In this document: piece by piece, positions 11,432-21,926 of the stretch | Numbering within the stretch: the first letter of the stretch is position 1 | How the letters are laid out: every line of letters begins with the position of its first letter | NCBI GenBank assembly: GCA_963710605.1 | Contig: CAVQBA010000006.1 | Coordinates: forward strand, 672,001 to 736,000 | Source of the DNA: an uncultured cyanobacterium | Lineage (GTDB): Bacteria; Cyanobacteriota; Cyanobacteriia; Cyanobacteriales; Cyanobacteriaceae | DNA: 64,000 nucleotides | Direction: 5' to 3' | Notes under the pieces: generated by a model | The model's input: the letters and a program-made list of their open reading frames with translations, nothing else | The model's database searches: none | Told to the model about the DNA's origin: nothing | Position numbers and translations under genes: made by a program

Positions 11432-11534
11432 TAATTAATTATATTTAGGATTAAATACTCGTTTATGTTGTAAGCTATTACTACCAAAATTAATTAGTAA
11501 GCCGATCGGAAAATTATAAGCAACTGTATAATTT
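11432..11534 (-). pseudogene. 3' remnant of a second GxxExxY gene
   Basis: translates NYTVAYNFPIGLLINFGSNSLQHKRVFNPKYN* versus NYVVAYDFPIGLLINFGSNSLQYKKIFNRKYN* in the intact copy. Confidence 0.85.
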
Positions 11535-11563
11535 GGAAATAATTAATATCTTTCATAAATAAA

Positions 11564-12541
11564 ATGGATGAAAAAAATTTAGAAAATAACGATAATAATA
11601 TAGAAGGGGAGTCAGGTTGTTGTTGTCTGGGTTGTTTATTCTTTTTTATTTTTTTTGCATTTTTGATTCCTTACTATATAAATACATCGAGTATTATTGT
11701 TGAACAAATTAATAAGACTTACGATGTTTTTTGTAATGATCTTCTGGATGAAAAAATTTTAGAGGTCTTTTTACAACATAATATTTTTAGTATTTTTCCT
11801 CATGAAAAAATTCCTGAAATATTACAACTAATATATATATCTCCAATGATTTTTATAACATATATAATTACAATTATATTTTGTTTAATAATTGTTTTAT
11901 TTGGCATTTTTGTTATTTTATGGGTACTATCTCTGATTATATATGTAGTTATATATCTACCTATCATCCTAATTACACGTATAATGATAATGATAGATAA
12001 AACTATCTTCTTTTTAGCAGATAAAATATTTTTTATTGATTGGATAATAGGTTTATTCGGAATTATCGTTTTTGCACTACCAAACTTATTTTATTTTCTT
12101 AAATGGATACTTAAAATATCTTTGATAGGAACTTCAATAATTTACGAGTTTATAAAGAAAAAACTATATGAAGATATAGAAGTTAATGACGAATTAACTG
12201 AAAACGAAGATACGAATTTAGAAAATACTAATATTAAAAATCAATTACAAAATAATCAAATAACCCCTCAAGAAGAGTTATTACAAGCAGAAAATAATGA
12301 GAATAAGTTTAATCAAATGATTATCAATTATATAGAAACTCAAAGTAAACTGATAGAAGAAAAAGAAAATAAATGGAAAGAACAAAAAGAAGATGAATGG
12401 ATAGAAGATAAATCTCAACTAAAGGTAGTAAAATTTATAAACTCATGGAAATTTGAGAATTCAACTCTTTTCATAATTGACAAAAAAATTATTATAATTA
12501 GAAAAATAGTTGTTAGTTTGATGTCTGTAGCAAAAAAATAA
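11564..12541 (+). CDS. hypothetical multi-pass membrane protein, very AT-rich
   Basis: 325-aa ORF with several hydrophobic segments, a GCCCLGCL motif and a charged C-terminus. Confidence 0.55.
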   Translation: MDEKNLENNDNNIEGESGCCCLGCLFFFIFFAFLIPYYINTSSIIVEQINKTYDVFCNDLLDEKILEVFLQHNIFSIFPHEKIPEILQLIYISPMIFITYIITIIFCLIIVLFGIFVILWVLSLIIYVVIYLPIILITRIMIMIDKTIFFLADKIFFIDWIIGLFGIIVFALPNLFYFLKWILKISLIGTSIIYEFIKKKLYEDIEVNDELTENEDTNLENTNIKNQLQNNQITPQEELLQAENNENKFNQMIINYIETQSKLIEEKENKWKEQKEDEWIEDKSQLKVVKFINSWKFENSTLFIIDKKIIIIRKIVVSLMSVAKK

Positions 12542-12645
12542 TTCACTAAGTAAAAGAAAAGATACTTATAATTTGATAATTTATAGATAATTTACGTAAG
12601 TTATATCGTAAATACATGAATGTAGATTACAAGTTTGAATTTTAA

Positions 12646-15600
12646 TTAAACAATAACCCCCTCCAACTCATCATCAGCCATATCATACAACCCTCTCAAC
12701 TTCTCTAACTTATCCTCATCTGCATCCCAAAAACCACGCCCTGAAGCCTCTAACATTCGTCCAATAATATTACGAAACGCCTCTGGATTAGCTTCTCTTA
12801 ACTTATTTGCCATCTCTTCATCTAACGCATAAGTATCCACCGCTTGATCATATACCCAGTCATCGGTAAAATCAGTTGTACCTGCCCAACCAATCATCGC
12901 CGTCATCCGTTGGGAAATTTCATATGCACCGCCCGAACCTTGCTCAGACATAGCTTTTGCCCATTTAGGATTAAGTAGCTTGGTGCGATACTCCATCCTT
13001 AATACCGATTCTAATTGACGAGGAGTAGTATCCTTAGAAAAACTCTCCACAAAACTAGCCGTTACTTTTTTACCGCTTTGTTTTTCTGCCGCTCGTTTTA
13101 ATCCTCCTGTATTAGCATAATACTCTTGAATATCCGTTAAGCCATACTCTACCGAATCAATTTCTTGCACTACCGTTGAGCTAGTTGCTAATAGTTTATC
13201 CAAAATTTCGGGGCGTGTTTGCCCTTTATCTTTTCTGCCATAACTAAAGCTATTTCTACCCTTCCATGTATCTGCTAACTCATCACCAGACTCCCAATCA
13301 CCATCTACAACTCGATCGTTTACTAACGAACCAAAATCACCGCTAGGATTAGAAAATAGTCTTGCTGTCGGATTTTCTATCCCTTTTTCTTGTAACTCTA
13401 AATAATGTTTACGAATAAAATTATCCTCAATCGATTCATCCGCTAAAGATGCCCTTGTAAATAAATCGTCTAATAATTCAATGATATTGACAAAAGTATC
13501 ACGGAAGATTCCTGATAAATTACCTAAAATATCAATGCGAGGATGACCTATTTTATCTAAAGGCATTAGCTCATATCTAACTATTCGTCCTGTGCCTTCT
13601 TTGACAGGCTCTGCACCTACTAATTCTAATAAAATACCGATCGACTCCCCTTTAGTTTTAATCGCATCTAAACCCCATAACATGACCGCTACTGTCTCTG
13701 GATAACTACCATTGTCGGTTAAATTTTGTTCAATGATTTTTTTACCGATTTCTCTACCTCGTAAATATGCACCTTGTGATGGCATCCGATAAGGGTCGAG
13801 TGCGTGTATATTTCTACCTGTAGGTAAAACACCAGCACCATCTCGAAGTAAATCTCCACCAGGGGCAGGAGGGATATATTCACCATTCAAACCTTTAAGT
13901 AAGTTAGTTAATTCATCGTCTGTTTGCATCAGTAAATCAGTAATTAACTGTTTCTGCTCAAGTCTTTGTTTTGATTCTTCTTCTTTTAAGGCTCTTTTGT
14001 TAGCACGATCGATTAAACTACTATTATCTAAATCTTTGGTAAATTCGGCTTGTTGTTGAGTATCATCAAAATAAGCATCTAGATATGAATTTAATTGTTC
14101 TTCTGTTGGTTTTGCACCAAGAATATGCAACCCTGAAGAAAATAATCTTTGCTCGACTATTTGTAGGTAGTCATATATTTTAATAAAGTAATCGTTTAAA
14201 GCTGACTTACTAAATAATTTAGCATTCTCGGCAGTTAAATCAATACCTCTTTTTTGAGCTTCATTAAATTGACAATCTTTATTTAAACCACTATCAACAA
14301 TCTTTTGAATAATATCTTGTCTTAATAACTCATTTTTATCTGTATCTTCTCGATACTCATTAATTAACTCTTTTAGTGCCATTAATTCTTTATATAATCC
14401 TGCCCTTCCGTAAGGAGGCACGTTATGAGAAATTAAGACACCGTAACCTCTACGTTTAGCTAACATCGATTCGGAGGGATTATTAGCGGCATAGATATAT
14501 AAGTTGGGTAAATCACCAAGTAATACATCCGACCACGAATAACCTGTATTACCTAAAGGATTACCAGGTAGCCATTCCACTGTGCCGTGCATCCCAAAGT
14601 GAATTAAAGCATCAGGTTGATATTCATTTTGTAACCATTTATAAAAGGCGGCGTACTGAGGATGAGGGGTTAAATCTTTCTCAAACATAAGCCTCATCGG
14701 GTCTCCAGCGATACCTAACGGTGGTTGTACTCCGATCCAGACATTACCTAATTGTATGCCACCTATTTGAAATCGATCGCCAATGGTTTTTATTCCTGTT
14801 TGGGTTAAGTTACCCCATTGTTTTTCCATCCGCTGGGTAAGGATATAACCAAGCCATTTTTCAAGAGTTTGTACATCGACGGAATTTGAACCCCCCGACT
14901 GCGTCTCCCCCCTTACGAAGGGGGGCTGGGGGGGATTGTTTCCATTCCTTACTAAAGCAGACTGGGGGCGATCGTTTTTACCACTTTGTAAGGGGGGAAT
15001 ACTATAAGAGAGAAAATCATCGGCGTTTTTAACAGCTTTAATAATCTCTTCACCATCTTCTGGTATCTCGCCTACGTCATAACCTTCTGCCTTGAGAGAG
15101 GTTAATAATTTACGTAAAGATTTAGGCACATTTAAAAGTGCGGCTGTACCTGTCGCTCCATATCCGGGGGGAAAGCCATATAATATAATGGCTATTTTAC
15201 GATCGTTTTTCTCTTTTCTTCTTAAGTTTATCCAACTGTTAATACGACTAGTTAAACGTTTGACTCTGTCTGGTACAAGATATATCTCTTCTCCTACTAA
15301 CCCTCCTAATGGTATAGTATCGATCGCACCATCTAATTCTGGCAGGGCATATAACACTACACTTTGTAATCCACCAATACCTTGTCTTACCCACGATTTG
15401 ATGTCTTGAATTAACAAAGGGGCGGCAACGATATAAGGAATATTTTTGGCGGTTAAGATAGTTTTAGCTACTTCTACTTGTCTTCCTGCTTCCATACTAC
15501 CAGCAGGACCACCCACTAAAGGAAAACCGATCGTGGAAACGATACTATCTACTTGCACCGCCTCTTGAGACAAAGACAATGTATCTTTGATACCTACATT

Positions 15601-16656
15601 TCTTCTATTTTGTTCGTATTCTGTCGTCATCCAATCCCTAACCGCAACATGCCCTTCTACACCGTTAATAAAAATAGGCACGGGAATTAAACCAGCAGAT
15701 TCAAAATGACGAATTAATTGAGGAATATAAGATAATTTGCTGATGACGTGTTTGCGATATAAAAGAATACCAACAACAGGTTTTAATCCCTCCTTGCCCT
15801 GCTTTGAACGGGAGGGATTGATGTTTTGGTTGGAGTCAGAAAATCGATCGTTGGTAGAAGATTCAGTATTTAACTTGCTTTTTATGGTAGGAGTTAGGGC
15901 AGTTGAATCAGAGTGAGAAAATCGATCGTTCGAGGATTGAGTCTTTAACTCCCCCCTTACAAAGGGGGGTTGGGGGGGATTCTTCTCATACCAATCTAGA
16001 TAGTCTTTGGGTGAGATGAAATAACCATCATAGTCAGGATGCAATAATCCCATATTCGGAGTTTCAATTATCTCTGGTATCTCTTTAACAGTTAAACCTA
16101 AATATTTTTCGGCAATTACCCAACACATCGAAGCAACATTTTCTGTACCTCCGGCATTCCAATAACCATAGATAATCAACCAGTTACGTAAGTCTTGGAC
16201 TTTTTTGACAGGCACATATTTTAATAATTTGGGACCAGTTTTGAGGAAACTGATATAACCTGCGAGTTTGTCTTCTTCCTTACTATTGGTAAATTTACTT
16301 AGGATAAATTTTACAGGTTTGGGCATTCCTTTAGGTTTATCACCGATCGCAAATTTACCTATTTGGGTAAGACTCATCAACTCAAGGGCAGATTCAAACA
16401 CTAAACGTATAGAGATGTGTTGAACTCTTTCTCTTAACCAGATTACTTGATCGTAGTCAAATATTAAACTAGCAAAAAAGACATCGGCAGTTTGTAAAGC
16501 TCGATCGACTTTCTCGGCTTCTGTATTGATGCTAGTATCACTAAATACTATTACTTCTAAATCTGGACAACATGAGGTTGCTTTAGTGGCGGCTTGGCGA
16601 TAGAGGTTACTGTTGAAGGTTTCAAATCCGGTGATTAAAACTATGCGTTTTTTCAT
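12646..16656 (-). CDS. bchH: magnesium chelatase subunit H family (CobN/ChlH), with two repeat-derived insertions
   Basis: STIGFPLVGGPAG, HFGMHGTVEWLPG, YAANNPSES, LPTGRNIHALDP, RTKLLNPKW. Confidence 0.9.
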   Translation of the reverse strand: MKKRIVLITGFETFNSNLYRQAATKATSCCPDLEVIVFSDTSINTEAEKVDRALQTADVFFASLIFDYDQVIWLRERVQHISIRLVFESALELMSLTQIGKFAIGDKPKGMPKPVKFILSKFTNSKEEDKLAGYISFLKTGPKLLKYVPVKKVQDLRNWLIIYGYWNAGGTENVASMCWVIAEKYLGLTVKEIPEIIETPNMGLLHPDYDGYFISPKDYLDWYEKNPPQPPFVRGELKTQSSNDRFSHSDSTALTPTIKSKLNTESSTNDRFSDSNQNINPSRSKQGKEGLKPVVGILLYRKHVISKLSYIPQLIRHFESAGLIPVPIFINGVEGHVAVRDWMTTEYEQNRRNVGIKDTLSLSQEAVQVDSIVSTIGFPLVGGPAGSMEAGRQVEVAKTILTAKNIPYIVAAPLLIQDIKSWVRQGIGGLQSVVLYALPELDGAIDTIPLGGLVGEEIYLVPDRVKRLTSRINSWINLRRKEKNDRKIAIILYGFPPGYGATGTAALLNVPKSLRKLLTSLKAEGYDVGEIPEDGEEIIKAVKNADDFLSYSIPPLQSGKNDRPQSALVRNGNNPPQPPFVRGETQSGGSNSVDVQTLEKWLGYILTQRMEKQWGNLTQTGIKTIGDRFQIGGIQLGNVWIGVQPPLGIAGDPMRLMFEKDLTPHPQYAAFYKWLQNEYQPDALIHFGMHGTVEWLPGNPLGNTGYSWSDVLLGDLPNLYIYAANNPSESMLAKRRGYGVLISHNVPPYGRAGLYKELMALKELINEYREDTDKNELLRQDIIQKIVDSGLNKDCQFNEAQKRGIDLTAENAKLFSKSALNDYFIKIYDYLQIVEQRLFSSGLHILGAKPTEEQLNSYLDAYFDDTQQQAEFTKDLDNSSLIDRANKRALKEEESKQRLEQKQLITDLLMQTDDELTNLLKGLNGEYIPPAPGGDLLRDGAGVLPTGRNIHALDPYRMPSQGAYLRGREIGKKIIEQNLTDNGSYPETVAVMLWGLDAIKTKGESIGILLELVGAEPVKEGTGRIVRYELMPLDKIGHPRIDILGNLSGIFRDTFVNIIELLDDLFTRASLADESIEDNFIRKHYLELQEKGIENPTARLFSNPSGDFGSLVNDRVVDGDWESGDELADTWKGRNSFSYGRKDKGQTRPEILDKLLATSSTVVQEIDSVEYGLTDIQEYYANTGGLKRAAEKQSGKKVTASFVESFSKDTTPRQLESVLRMEYRTKLLNPKWAKAMSEQGSGGAYEISQRMTAMIGWAGTTDFTDDWVYDQAVDTYALDEEMANKLREANPEAFRNIIGRMLEASGRGFWDADEDKLEKLRGLYDMADDELEGVIV

Positions 16657-16774
16657 TGTTGCCCTAATAGAAGAAATAGTTATTCTATCAAGTATTGTAA
16701 CGACTATTTAAGAGAATTTAAGGACTGAAAAAGTTATTATTAAAATTAAGTTTATTCTTATACAGATTATACAG

Positions 16775-17125
16775 ATGTTGTCTTTTATTGATTTTTCGAT
16801 ACCTCAAGTTCAAGCAGCTATTATTAGTGGATTATTTACTATTATTACTACTGGAGTTTTTGGTCTTATAGGTATATTTATTTCTAATAGATTTAAGAAA
16901 GATGCTGAAAAAGCTAAAAATTTAGAAAGAAAATTACAAGAAGCGATCAACGATATTCACTTTTTATTAAAAGTAGAGAAGTTACATTGTGAAAGAAATC
17001 AGGAAAATTTTCCACAAGGATATAAAATCATAACTAGAGACAAAGTCAGAGAATTGTATTCACCGCTGAAGTTCTCTGGTAAGTTTACTCCTGGAAGGGT
17101 TAATAATCCAGATTACAACAACTAA
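16775..17125 (+). CDS. hypothetical single-TM protein
   Basis: ORF with an N-terminal TM segment followed by a coiled-coil-like region. Confidence 0.55.
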   Translation: MLSFIDFSIPQVQAAIISGLFTIITTGVFGLIGIFISNRFKKDAEKAKNLERKLQEAINDIHFLLKVEKLHCERNQENFPQGYKIITRDKVRELYSPLKFSGKFTPGRVNNPDYNN

Positions 17126-17286
17126 ATATTGATTTTTGTTTTTTCTTAATTAATTGCCCTGTCAGTATTACCGATTTTTAAGATTAAAGGATTTCACGAT
17201 CGATTTATCGGCTCAAATAAGCTCATGTAAATTAATAAGTTTTATCGTTAAGAAAATACCTTTTTTGTCTATCATTTGAATTTACT

Positions 17287-17970
17287 TTATCTTTGCCTTA
17301 AATTCAATTCTGGTACATCTACATGGGGAGATAAAATCAAAATCCAGTCGATCGTACTCATCAAATCAGCAAGAGGAATTGGTTTTTGCGGTGGGAATCT
17401 TCCTTCTTTAATATCTAATATCACCTCTGGTGTTTTTATATTACTAGGATTAATGACCGTAAATCCGATCTTTTTTTGAAAAGTGATTCTTAAGGCTTGG
17501 ATTGCACCACGTAAAGCAAATTTAGATGCTGTATTCGCTACTTCAATTGAGGCGTTATTATCTAAACCCGATGTTGCACCGATATAAATTGCTCTGGGGT
17601 TTTTTGCCAGAAGTAGATTTGATGATAAAATTCTAGTTATCTCGATCGGTGCGATCGTATTTACGCTAATTACAAAACGAGTTTCTTGATCGCAACTTTT
17701 TAAAAAGTCATAGTCTTGGGTAAAAGCATTTTTTTCCCATACTCCTCCCATAAATAATAAGGCATCGATCGTTTCTGAACCGATTATCTGTTTAATTTTA
17801 TTGATTCCTTCTGTTGTAGATATGTCTGCTTGAATCCAAATACCAACAGAAGATTTACTTCGAGAAATTGTATATATTTTATTCCCATTAGTATCTAAGT
17901 GATTAGCAACTTCTGCACCAATACCACGACTCGCTCCTACAATTACAAAGTTTTTAATTTGATCAGCCAT
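17287..17970 (-). CDS. short-chain dehydrogenase/reductase
   Basis: VIVGASRGIG Rossmann motif; ANTASKFALRG (catalytic YxxxK Tyr replaced by Asn). Confidence 0.85.
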   Translation of the reverse strand: MADQIKNFVIVGASRGIGAEVANHLDTNGNKIYTISRSKSSVGIWIQADISTTEGINKIKQIIGSETIDALLFMGGVWEKNAFTQDYDFLKSCDQETRFVISVNTIAPIEITRILSSNLLLAKNPRAIYIGATSGLDNNASIEVANTASKFALRGAIQALRITFQKKIGFTVINPSNIKTPEVILDIKEGRFPPQKPIPLADLMSTIDWILILSPHVDVPELNLRQR

Positions 17971-18121
17971 GATTTAACCAAAAACTTGCTTCATAGTTAA
18001 GGTTTCTCCTTTTTAACTATTGTCTTAGTTAAAATAGTCATTCCAATTTTAAATATATATGCCAATAAAAAAGGACAATTATTCTTGCCCCTTGTCAAAG
18101 ATAAATTAGTTTTAAATTATT

Positions 18122-18830
18122 TTATTCGGCATTTTCTTGCTTACGCTTTTTCATTAAAGTACCCAACCCTAAAGCAATACCAGTACCTAAAATAGTCACT
18201 GGTTCGGGTGTTGGTACAACAGGAATTGTAATAGCAACATCAGGGTCCATCGTCATTGACTGATTATCACTAATTTTTTTAAAACTAGAAATACTTGAGG
18301 AGCTAAAATCTTCAAAAGACGAAAAAAGGATTACATCATTACTGCGATTCCCTCCTAGCGCTTGATCTCCATCATTACCAAAATCACCTCCACTTACTAG
18401 ATTGTCACTGGTACTTGCGGCAAATCGAAAAGAATCACCTACACCAAAGGAGTCTTCTTGAAAATTAAAGGTAATGAATTTGGATTGCTCTCCTGCAAAT
18501 TCAAAACTGATATCATCTGCTGTTAATCCGACTAAAGAACCTAAAACAGGTTGTTTTTGATTATTAAAAGAACTATCATCACTAAAATCAAAAAATCCAT
18601 TGGATTTGAGATTCGAAAGTAACTGATCTAACGTGAGTCGATTCACTAACATTACCCGAATCACTGTTAAATACTACTCCAAACATCTCAAAAGTATTGG
18701 ATGTATCTTGGCCTGTAATGTCACCTATAATTGTAGCCGCATTAGTTTGAGCGTTACTTACTATAATTGAGCCGCCTACAACGCAAAAGGTTATAGAATT
18801 TTTAATTATAGTATTGAATAGTTTATTCAT
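18122..18830 (-). CDS. PEP-CTERM protein copy 1, apparent +1 frameshift near 18612
   Basis: near-identical to 19684-20361 except GATTCG versus GATCG; C-terminal PEPVTILGTGIALGLGTLMKKRKQ. Confidence 0.85.
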
Positions 18831-19311
18831 AATTATTTTGCTTTATTTGTAATCAATTGATGATATTTATATAATAATTTAGATTTAAATTAACTTTAAT
18901 GTAGGTAAAAGTTTCTTTTTACAGCACCTATTTTGTGATAGGACTTCAACTTTTTATCGGCGGAACACGATCGTCAATCGTCATCGACCAGTGGCTATTA
19001 TTATTATTAATTATTAATCTGCTTTCACCAACCCTATCCTAAAATCACTCTAAATTTATCCGTAAAATTACTGAAAAAATATTAGTAGATTTAGAATACT
19101 TGAATTATTGAAGTACTTAGAATTTTAGTTAGGGTTAAAAACTAGAGATTATCGTTATTTTTTGTAGAGTTTAACTGAACGTAGTTTTTATAGCGATCGA
19201 CGAATGTTTAATATTATTCAACCGTAATGGTTGTCCTCGTCAAAAATAGATTAATCCCCAAAAAATTTTTAGTAGTAGTAGTAGTAGTAGATGAGTTATA
19301 TGTTTGATTAT

Positions 19312-19442
19312 TGAGTAGCCCCAATTAATTAAACGTCAGAAAGATTAAGTTCGTAGTAAGGGCTTAAGCCCTTATCTTAATAGCTTTTTATCTCCCTAAA
19401 AGGGTAACTACAAACTTTTTTTTATTTAGGTGGAGCTACTTA
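19312..19442. mobile_element. MITE-like element with internal GTAG-type hairpins
   Basis: ends TGAGTAGCCCCA / TGGAGCTACTTA are imperfect inverted repeats; internal AAGGGCTTAAGCCCTT palindrome. Confidence 0.5.
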
Positions 19443-19683
19443 TTGTGTAATTTAAAAATTATATAATTTAAAAACAATTATTAAAATTACTTTTTTTTGG
19501 TTGTATGAAGTATCAAACGATCAATCTAACTTTTCTTGATGAGCAAAAATATCAGAAGTAAATAAATGCAGGAGCGTTACAATGTTGAGGTGATTGACAA
19601 AAAAGAATACACGACAAGCAAAGATAATTATACGGCTTAATTATAGAGTGCAAAAGGAGTAGTTAATAACAAATATAAGTTTA

Positions 19684-20361
19684 TCAACTATTTTCTTGCT
19701 TACGCTTTTTCATCAAACTACCCAAACCAAGAGCAACTCCCGTACCTAAAATAGTTAACGGTTCTGGTACAATTTCGGGTTCTAATTCATTTTCGATAGC
19801 AACATTAGGGTCCGTCGTAATTGACTTATTATCATTAATTTTTTTAAAACTAGAATTACTAGAGGAGCTAAAATCTTCAAAAGATGAGAAAAGAACTACA
19901 TTCTTATCACCAAAATCACCTCCACTTACTAGATTGTCGCTGGTACTTGCGGCAAATCGAAAAGAATCACCTACACCAAAGGAGTCTTCTTGAAAATTAA
20001 AGGTAATGTATTGGGATTGCTCTGCATCAAAATCAAAACTAATATCATCTGCTGTTAATCCGACTAAAGAACCTAAAACAGGTTGTTTTTGATTATTAAA
20101 AGAACTATCATCACTAAAATCAAAAAATCCATTGGATTTGAGATCGAAAGTAACCGATCTAACGTGAGCCAATTCACTAACATTACCCGAATCACTCCTA
20201 AATTCTACTCCAAACATATCAAAAGTATTGGATGTATCTGATCCCGTAATATCACCTATAATTGTAGCCGCATTAGTTTGAGCGTTGCTTGCTATAATTC
20301 CACCGCCAACAACGCAAAGGGTTATCGAATTTTTGATTATAGTATTGAATAGTTTATTCAT
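19684..20361 (-). CDS. PEP-CTERM protein copy 2
   Basis: signal peptide; VPEPLTILGTGVALGLGSLMKKRKQ. Confidence 0.88.
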   Translation of the reverse strand: MNKLFNTIIKNSITLCVVGGGIIASNAQTNAATIIGDITGSDTSNTFDMFGVEFRSDSGNVSELAHVRSVTFDLKSNGFFDFSDDSSFNNQKQPVLGSLVGLTADDISFDFDAEQSQYITFNFQEDSFGVGDSFRFAASTSDNLVSGGDFGDKNVVLFSSFEDFSSSSNSSFKKINDNKSITTDPNVAIENELEPEIVPEPLTILGTGVALGLGSLMKKRKQENS

Positions 20362-20803
20362 AATTATTTTGCTTTATTTGTAATCAATTGAGGATACAAA
20401 TATCATAATTTAGATTTAGGTTAACTTTAATCTATACAAAGGTTGATTTTTGCAGAATCCAATTTTATTATAATGCTTCAAATTTTTATCGGTGGAACAC
20501 GATCGTAAATTGTCATAAATTCGCTATTATTGTTATTCATTATTGAATGACTTTGACTAAAGTTATCTTAAAAATACTCCCAATTTATCCGTAAAATCAC
20601 TGAAAAACATTAGTCAATTTAAAACACTAGAATTGTCGAAGCTTTCTCAATTTAAGTTAGTGTTAAAGACTAGAGATTATCGTTACTTTATTGTAAAGTT
20701 TAACTAAGCTTGATTTTTGTGTAGCGATCGACGGATGTTTAATCTTACTCAATAGTAACCGATTGTCCCCGCCGAGAATATATTAATCTAAAAATATTTT
20801 TGA

Positions 20804-21496
20804 TTAACTGTTTTGTTGCTTACGCTTCTTTTTTATGAAGCTACCAAATCCTAATGCCGTCATTGTACCTAAGATAGTTACAGGTTCTGGTACAGGTTCT
20901 GGGTCGATAGGATCATTTCCGAACTCAAAGGTAATGGTATCAGCACCGCCATTAAAACCGGAAAAATAAGTACCTGATTCTATTCCTAAAGTGTCAAAAT
21001 CGGTATTATTAAAAGTCATGGTAGAACTAAGTTCCGTACCTGTCATATATCCTTGAGGTAGCCTAACTCTACTTCTTGAAACTTGTTGATCAGCTCCACG
21101 AAAAATGAGATCAAAGACAACAGGATCGCCTGATTTCGTATCTGGGTTGGTTCTCATACCACTTCCAAAAGATAAATTTGATGGATTATCAATCAAGTTA
21201 ACATAGACATCAAGGTTTGGAATGTCAACCGGTTCGTTGGGATTAAACGCTATAGTACCACGTTGTGGTAGTATTCGAGTACCTTGAAAATATAAACCAC
21301 TGAGGATATTGACATTTTCTATATCACTGACATCTAAACTTCCGCTCAGAGTAAAGGTTACATTCCCTCCTGTTTCGAGTCCTGAAACGAGTATCGCCGC
21401 ATCTGCTTTTTCTGCTGTTAAGCCGTTAATCAATCCTCCACTAAGAATAGTAAGGGCTAAAGCGTTTTTTATTTTTGATTTGAGTAATCTATTCAT
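20804..21496 (-). CDS. PEP-CTERM protein with an unrelated passenger domain
   Basis: signal peptide ending ADAA; VPEPVTILGTMTALGFGSFIKKKRKQ. Confidence 0.88.
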   Translation of the reverse strand: MNRLLKSKIKNALALTILSGGLINGLTAEKADAAILVSGLETGGNVTFTLSGSLDVSDIENVNILSGLYFQGTRILPQRGTIAFNPNEPVDIPNLDVYVNLIDNPSNLSFGSGMRTNPDTKSGDPVVFDLIFRGADQQVSRSRVRLPQGYMTGTELSSTMTFNNTDFDTLGIESGTYFSGFNGGADTITFEFGNDPIDPEPVPEPVTILGTMTALGFGSFIKKKRKQQNS

Positions 21497-21926
21497 GAAA
21501 AGATTTGTGTCTTTTAGACTTTTAAATATTACCTTTTATCATACTCAGGAAAATAATGAATGTCAATTAATAACGTTAATAAATTTTAATTTTATCGCAA
21601 TTTATTAACACGTGTTTTTAGATAGATATGATTTCATAAATTATAATCAATTGAGCCTTTACAAGGATTATTTCAGTTTTTGCTAACAACTGTTTTAAGT
21701 ATTATTACGCAAAAGTAAATTATTTTTACAAATTAACAAATTTACGTTGAATATATATACTCAGTAATGATAATTTTATTACTTTTTTCTGGAAAAAGAC
21801 GCTTTAAATTGCCTAATAATTGACTAAAACGTTGTCGAAACAAAAAAAGCCTTTGATTGAAGTATCTCATTATAAACTAACCTGTTTTCGAGTAAGATAT
21901 TGATAATTATTTTAATATCTTTTCTT

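Noticed and set aside
10851-11534. GxxExxY 3' duplicate as a DGR template/variable repeat
   Set aside because: The differences are not restricted to adenines and no reverse transcriptase is present in the window.
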